Source: Blastocladiella emersonii ATCC 22665
Taxonomy: Eukaryota; Fungi; Blastocladiomycota
Reading direction: 5' to 3'
DNA length: 64,000 nt
NCBI GenBank assembly: GCA_025594325.1
Contig: JANHCV010000004.1
Span: forward strand, 372,001-436,000
The notes below the pieces were generated by a model. It made no database searches, was not told the DNA's origin, and saw only the letters and a list, made by a program, of their open reading frames with translations. The translations under genes were made by a program, and so were the position numbers. Below, in pieces: positions 60,101 through 64,000 of the stretch (positions within the stretch are counted from its first letter, which is position 1; every line of letters begins with the position of its first letter).

Positions 60101-63093
60101 ATCACGGCCGGGTTCCCGCGCACGCCGTCGTACTACTGCCAGTACGCGGCGCAGAACGCGCCCGACTTCCCGCCGCTCTTCTCGCTCCAGGCGCCCGCCA
60201 ACGGGTCGTACGTGCGGGTCCGGCACCAGGAGTTCTACGACACGGACCTGTGGGCGTCGCAGCGGCGCATCGACTGGAAGCTGCGCCAGCGCATCGTCGG
60301 GCTCGTCGGGTGGGAGCCCGGCGTCGTGCTCGACCTGTCGACCAAGAACGCCAAGGCCAACCGGCTCATGTTCATCCTCGGGACCCGCGTCTACGACCTG
60401 CAGCCGTACGTGAACGCGGCCGGCCAGGGCGGCGGGTTCCTGCCCTCGGACATTGTCGAGTTCCTCAAGGAGTTCCGCGGCCAGGACCTCACCAGCAACA
60501 AGCAGTTCCGCAAGGCGTGGGACTCGAACCGCCCGCTCCGCGACTGCTTCAACAACCTGTTCGTCGTCGGCACCGTCGACTACCGCAAGTCGGCGCGGTG
60601 CCAGATCACCAACTACGTCCTGCTCGGGTTCTCGGTCCTGCTCGCGGCCGTCATCGGCGGCAAGTTCCTCGCGGCCATCCAGCTCAACGGCGCCGGCGTC
60701 CCCGAGGAGCACGACAAGTTTGTCATCCTGCAGGTGCCCTGCTACACCGAGGGCGAGGACTCGCTCCGCCAGTGCATCGACTCGCTCGCCACGCTGCGGT
60801 ACGACGACAAGCGCAAGCTGCTGTTCCTCATCTGCGACGGCAACGTCATGGGGTCCGGCAACGACCGGCCCACGCCGCGCATCGTGCTCGACATTCTGGG
60901 CGTCGACCCGTCGGTCGACCCGGAGCCGCTCTCGTTCCAGTCGCTCGGCGACGGCATGAAGCAGCACAACATGGGCAAGGTGTACACGGGCCTGTACGAG
61001 TGCCAGGGCCACCTGGTGCCGTACATTGTGGTGGTCAAGGTCGGCAAGCCCTCGGAGACGGCCAAGCCGGGCAACCGCGGCAAGCGCGACTCGCAGATGA
61101 TCATGATGCGGTTCCTCAACAAGGTGATGAAGGACGCGCCCATGTCGCCGCTCGAGCTCGAAATGTACCACCAGATCAAGAACGTGATTGGCGTCAACCC
61201 GGCGTTTTACGAGTACTGCCTCATGGTCGACGCCGATACCGTGGTCATGCCCGACTCGCTCACGCGGCTCGTCTCGGTCATGATGCACGACACCAAGATC
61301 ATGGCGTGCTGCGGCGAAACCAACCTGTCCAACGAGAAGGAGACGTGGGCCACCATGATCCAGGTCTACGAGTACTGGATCTCGCACCACCTCGCCAAGG
61401 CCTTCGAGTCGCTCTTTGGGTCCGTGACCTGTCTTCCTGGGTACGTGCTTCTCGTGGCTTGCGTTCCTCGCCATCACCACTGACACGCATCCTCGCGACA
61501 CCCCGTAGCTGTTTCTCCATGTACCGCCTGCGCTCGCCCAACAAGTCACTGCCCATCCTCGTCTCGGACGACATCATTCGCGACTACGGCGAGACCAAGG
61601 TCGACACCCTGCACATGAAGAACCTCCTGCACCTCGGCGAGGACCGGTACCTGACCACGCTCATGCTCAAGCATCACACCAACCTCAAGACCGTCTTCAC
61701 GCCCGACGCCAAGTGCAACACGATCGCGCCCGACAGCTGGGACGTGCTGCTGTCGCAGCGCCGCCGCTGGATCAACTCGACCATCCACAACCTGTTCGAG
61801 CTGCTCAACATCCGCCAGCTCTGTGGCGTGTGCTGCTTCTCCATGCGGTTCATTGTGCTCATCGACGTGCTCGGCACGCTCATGCAGCCCGCCATCGTCG
61901 CGTACCTCGGCTACCTCGCCTACATGATCGTTGAGTCGTACCGGACCAACGACTCGAGCAGCTTCCCGATCCTCTCGCTCATCCTGCTCGCGGTCACGTA
62001 CGGCTTCCAGGTCATCATCTTCTTCCTCAAGCGCGAGTGGCAGATGATCGGCTGGATGCTCATCTACATCATCGCCATCCCCGTCTTCTCCGGCATGATC
62101 CCGATTTACTCGGTACGATTCTCATCTTTTTTTTCTCGCCCGTCCTCCGCATCGCACGCTTGTCGCGACCTACACCGTCCCCGCGGTCTACTTCCCTACC
62201 CTCTCTCGCATTCCCTGTTCCCTCCGCCGTCCCCACGCTCGCCCCGGTCCTCGCACTCGTCGCCGTCCATCGCCGTCCATCGCCGCATTTTCTTTCGCCC
62301 GTCCTCGACCTCGCGGCCGGGAGTGACGTCACTGTGGCGCGGGTGAGTCACTGGTCGGGGTGACTTCAACTTCGCGAACTTTTCACTTCTCTCGACTCCC
62401 CCGACCTCCCCTCGCACGCTACTAACACTCTACTACCCTCCCGTATAGTTCTGGAGGCAAGACGACGCCTCTTGGGGCTCGACGCGCATTGTCGTTGGCG
62501 CGGACGGCAAGAAGATCGCAGTGGCCGCCGACTCCGCCGAGAAATTCGACATTTCCATGATCCCGCACCGCCGCTGGTCCGAGTACGAGTCCGAGGTGCT
62601 GCACGAGGGCGCCGCGCGCCACCCGATGGAGGGCTCGCAGTACGGCAGCGGCGACGACCTGTATTTCGACTCGCGTTCGGCCGGTTCGGCCGCGGGCGGC
62701 GCTGGCGGCGTGTTCCGCCGGTCGACGGTCCAGTCGTCGGCGACGTTCGGCGGCATGAGCGCGGCCACGTTCGGCAACGCCGCCGCGGGTGCCGAGGACC
62801 TCAAGCGCAACAACACGACGCGCACCACGGGCATGGACTCGATCCTCCAGCTGTACCTGCCGCAGACGCCGCCGCCGGCGGCCGTCGGCAGCGGTGCCGC
62901 GGCGACGGGCTTCCCGACCGACGCCGAGATCTACGCCGAGGTGCAGCGCATCCTCGCGACGGCCAACCTCATGACGGTCACCAAGAAGCAGGTCCGCGAC
63001 GAGGTGTCGGCGCTCTTCAACGTCGACCTCACGCCGCGCAAGGACTTTATCAACCAGTGCATCGCCGATGTCCTGTCGTCCGGCCAGCAGTAG
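57123..63093 (+). CDS. Chitin synthase with N-terminal myosin motor-like domain, cytochrome-b5-like and DEK_C domains (class V/VII type)
   Basis: PPHIYALA; P-loop GDPGSGKS across intron 57584-57657; GERNFHAFY; GNRGKRDSQ; LGEDRYLTT; SQRRRWINSTIHNL; DEK_C TDAEIYAEVQRIL...TKKQVR; further introns ~61442-61508 and ~62114-62448. Confidence 0.96.
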
Positions 63094-64000
63094 TTTGCGA
63101 GGCGAGCCGTGTCTCACCCGCTTGCGCTCTCTCCCCCGTTGTTTCGTTCTCTCTCCCGTTCATCCCTCCCTCCATTCTGTAGTCCAATATAGCACGTCGC
63201 ATCCTCTGTTCACTCTACTCCCTCTGTGTCGCTCTCGACTTTGTGCGCGTTCGCCCACGAGCACTAGCTCGCTCGGCCACGACTCCCAGCCTGGCCCAAC
63301 TGCTGCTCACTGCGGCGAGTGGGCCGACCTCGCCTATGACCAAGTTCCCTTGCTGCGACTGCGCCTCGTGGGCAGCGCGACCGCACTTCCGCTCTCAACA
63401 CAAGTCGACCTCCCGCTTCGATCATGGATACACTTGATGCAAAGTACTCGATCTTTGGACACGCGTGAGGCGCCGCGTGGCGTTGGCGAGCGCCGTCGCG
63501 CGACGGCGGCCCAGGCGTCCGACCTCGCTCGCCCGCCCGCCCGCCGTCTTACGCGATCCGATATATCGGCCAGGACAAACGGGCGCAGCGTTCCATTTGA
63601 ATGAACGTGACAACATAACTGATGCGGAGGATATGAATCTCAGCCGCCACCACGGTCTTGGAGGTGACCATGGCCGTGGTGGCCACGATGGCCATCGTCG
63701 CGATAGGTGGTACGCTTGTAAATTCCACTTACAGGCACGTCTGCGGGTTTTTTTTTTGAGGGCAAGATCTTGCCTCGTAAGCAAGTGGACTGGCCGTAAC
63801 TCAAACCGAAAAACGGTGCGGGTTGGACTTGATGAAGTTCTCGCGCGCCATCTCCAAGTGTGAACGCCGCCCGTGAACAATGCTAATGTAGCTTTGCTTG
63901 TGGTGTGCTGAGATACTCGCGGTAACGGCGAATGAAGATCGTGAGGTCGGTGGGCGCTCAGAGAGCAGTGACGGCGGGCGGGCGAGCGAGGTCGGACGCC

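Noticed and set aside
57602-61549. 1315-aa minus-strand ORF, and similar long antisense ORFs (943..2196, 4730..6316, 36702..37937, 46010..47398)
   Set aside because: Shadow ORFs opposite real high-GC3 genes; Arg/Gly/Val-rich with no motifs.
63200-64000. Short ORFs after the chitin synthase
   Set aside because: No motifs or codon bias; treated as intergenic.

Overview
GC-rich, intron-containing eukaryotic DNA. The myosin-motor chitin synthase and TmcB-like gene suggest an early-diverging, probably zoosporic, fungus (inference). Bases 1-29289 form one rearranged amplicon: a large inverted duplication whose left arm runs off the window start. The arms appear identical in the ORF track and in spot checks. 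Position x maps to 29290-x for the outer part and to 35091-x for the inner part. Each arm carries a secreted subtilisin and an uncharacterised ~1,100-aa gene. The left arm also has an extra 5801-bp tandem copy of that gene, bounded by a 466-bp dispersed repeat (R) with Pol III-like boxes. The 4.1-kb spacer (15492-19599) is a broken Helitron, with a Pif1 helicase on the minus strand and an HUH Rep on the plus strand, head-to-head. A Helitron-type 3' end (hairpin + CTAG + T) lies within 1-2 bp of the inner palindrome junction. The main hypothesis is that Helitron strand transfer built a host-gene palindrome. The rest of the window is ordinary gene-dense sequence: TmcB-like, PPWD1, MADS-box TF, FBXO21-like, SEY1, COX18/Oxa1-like, QNG1 and a myosin-chitin synthase. 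A lower-GC accessory block (~50-56.5 kb) holds two BTB paralogs, a minisatellite and a stray copy of part of the TmcB-like gene.
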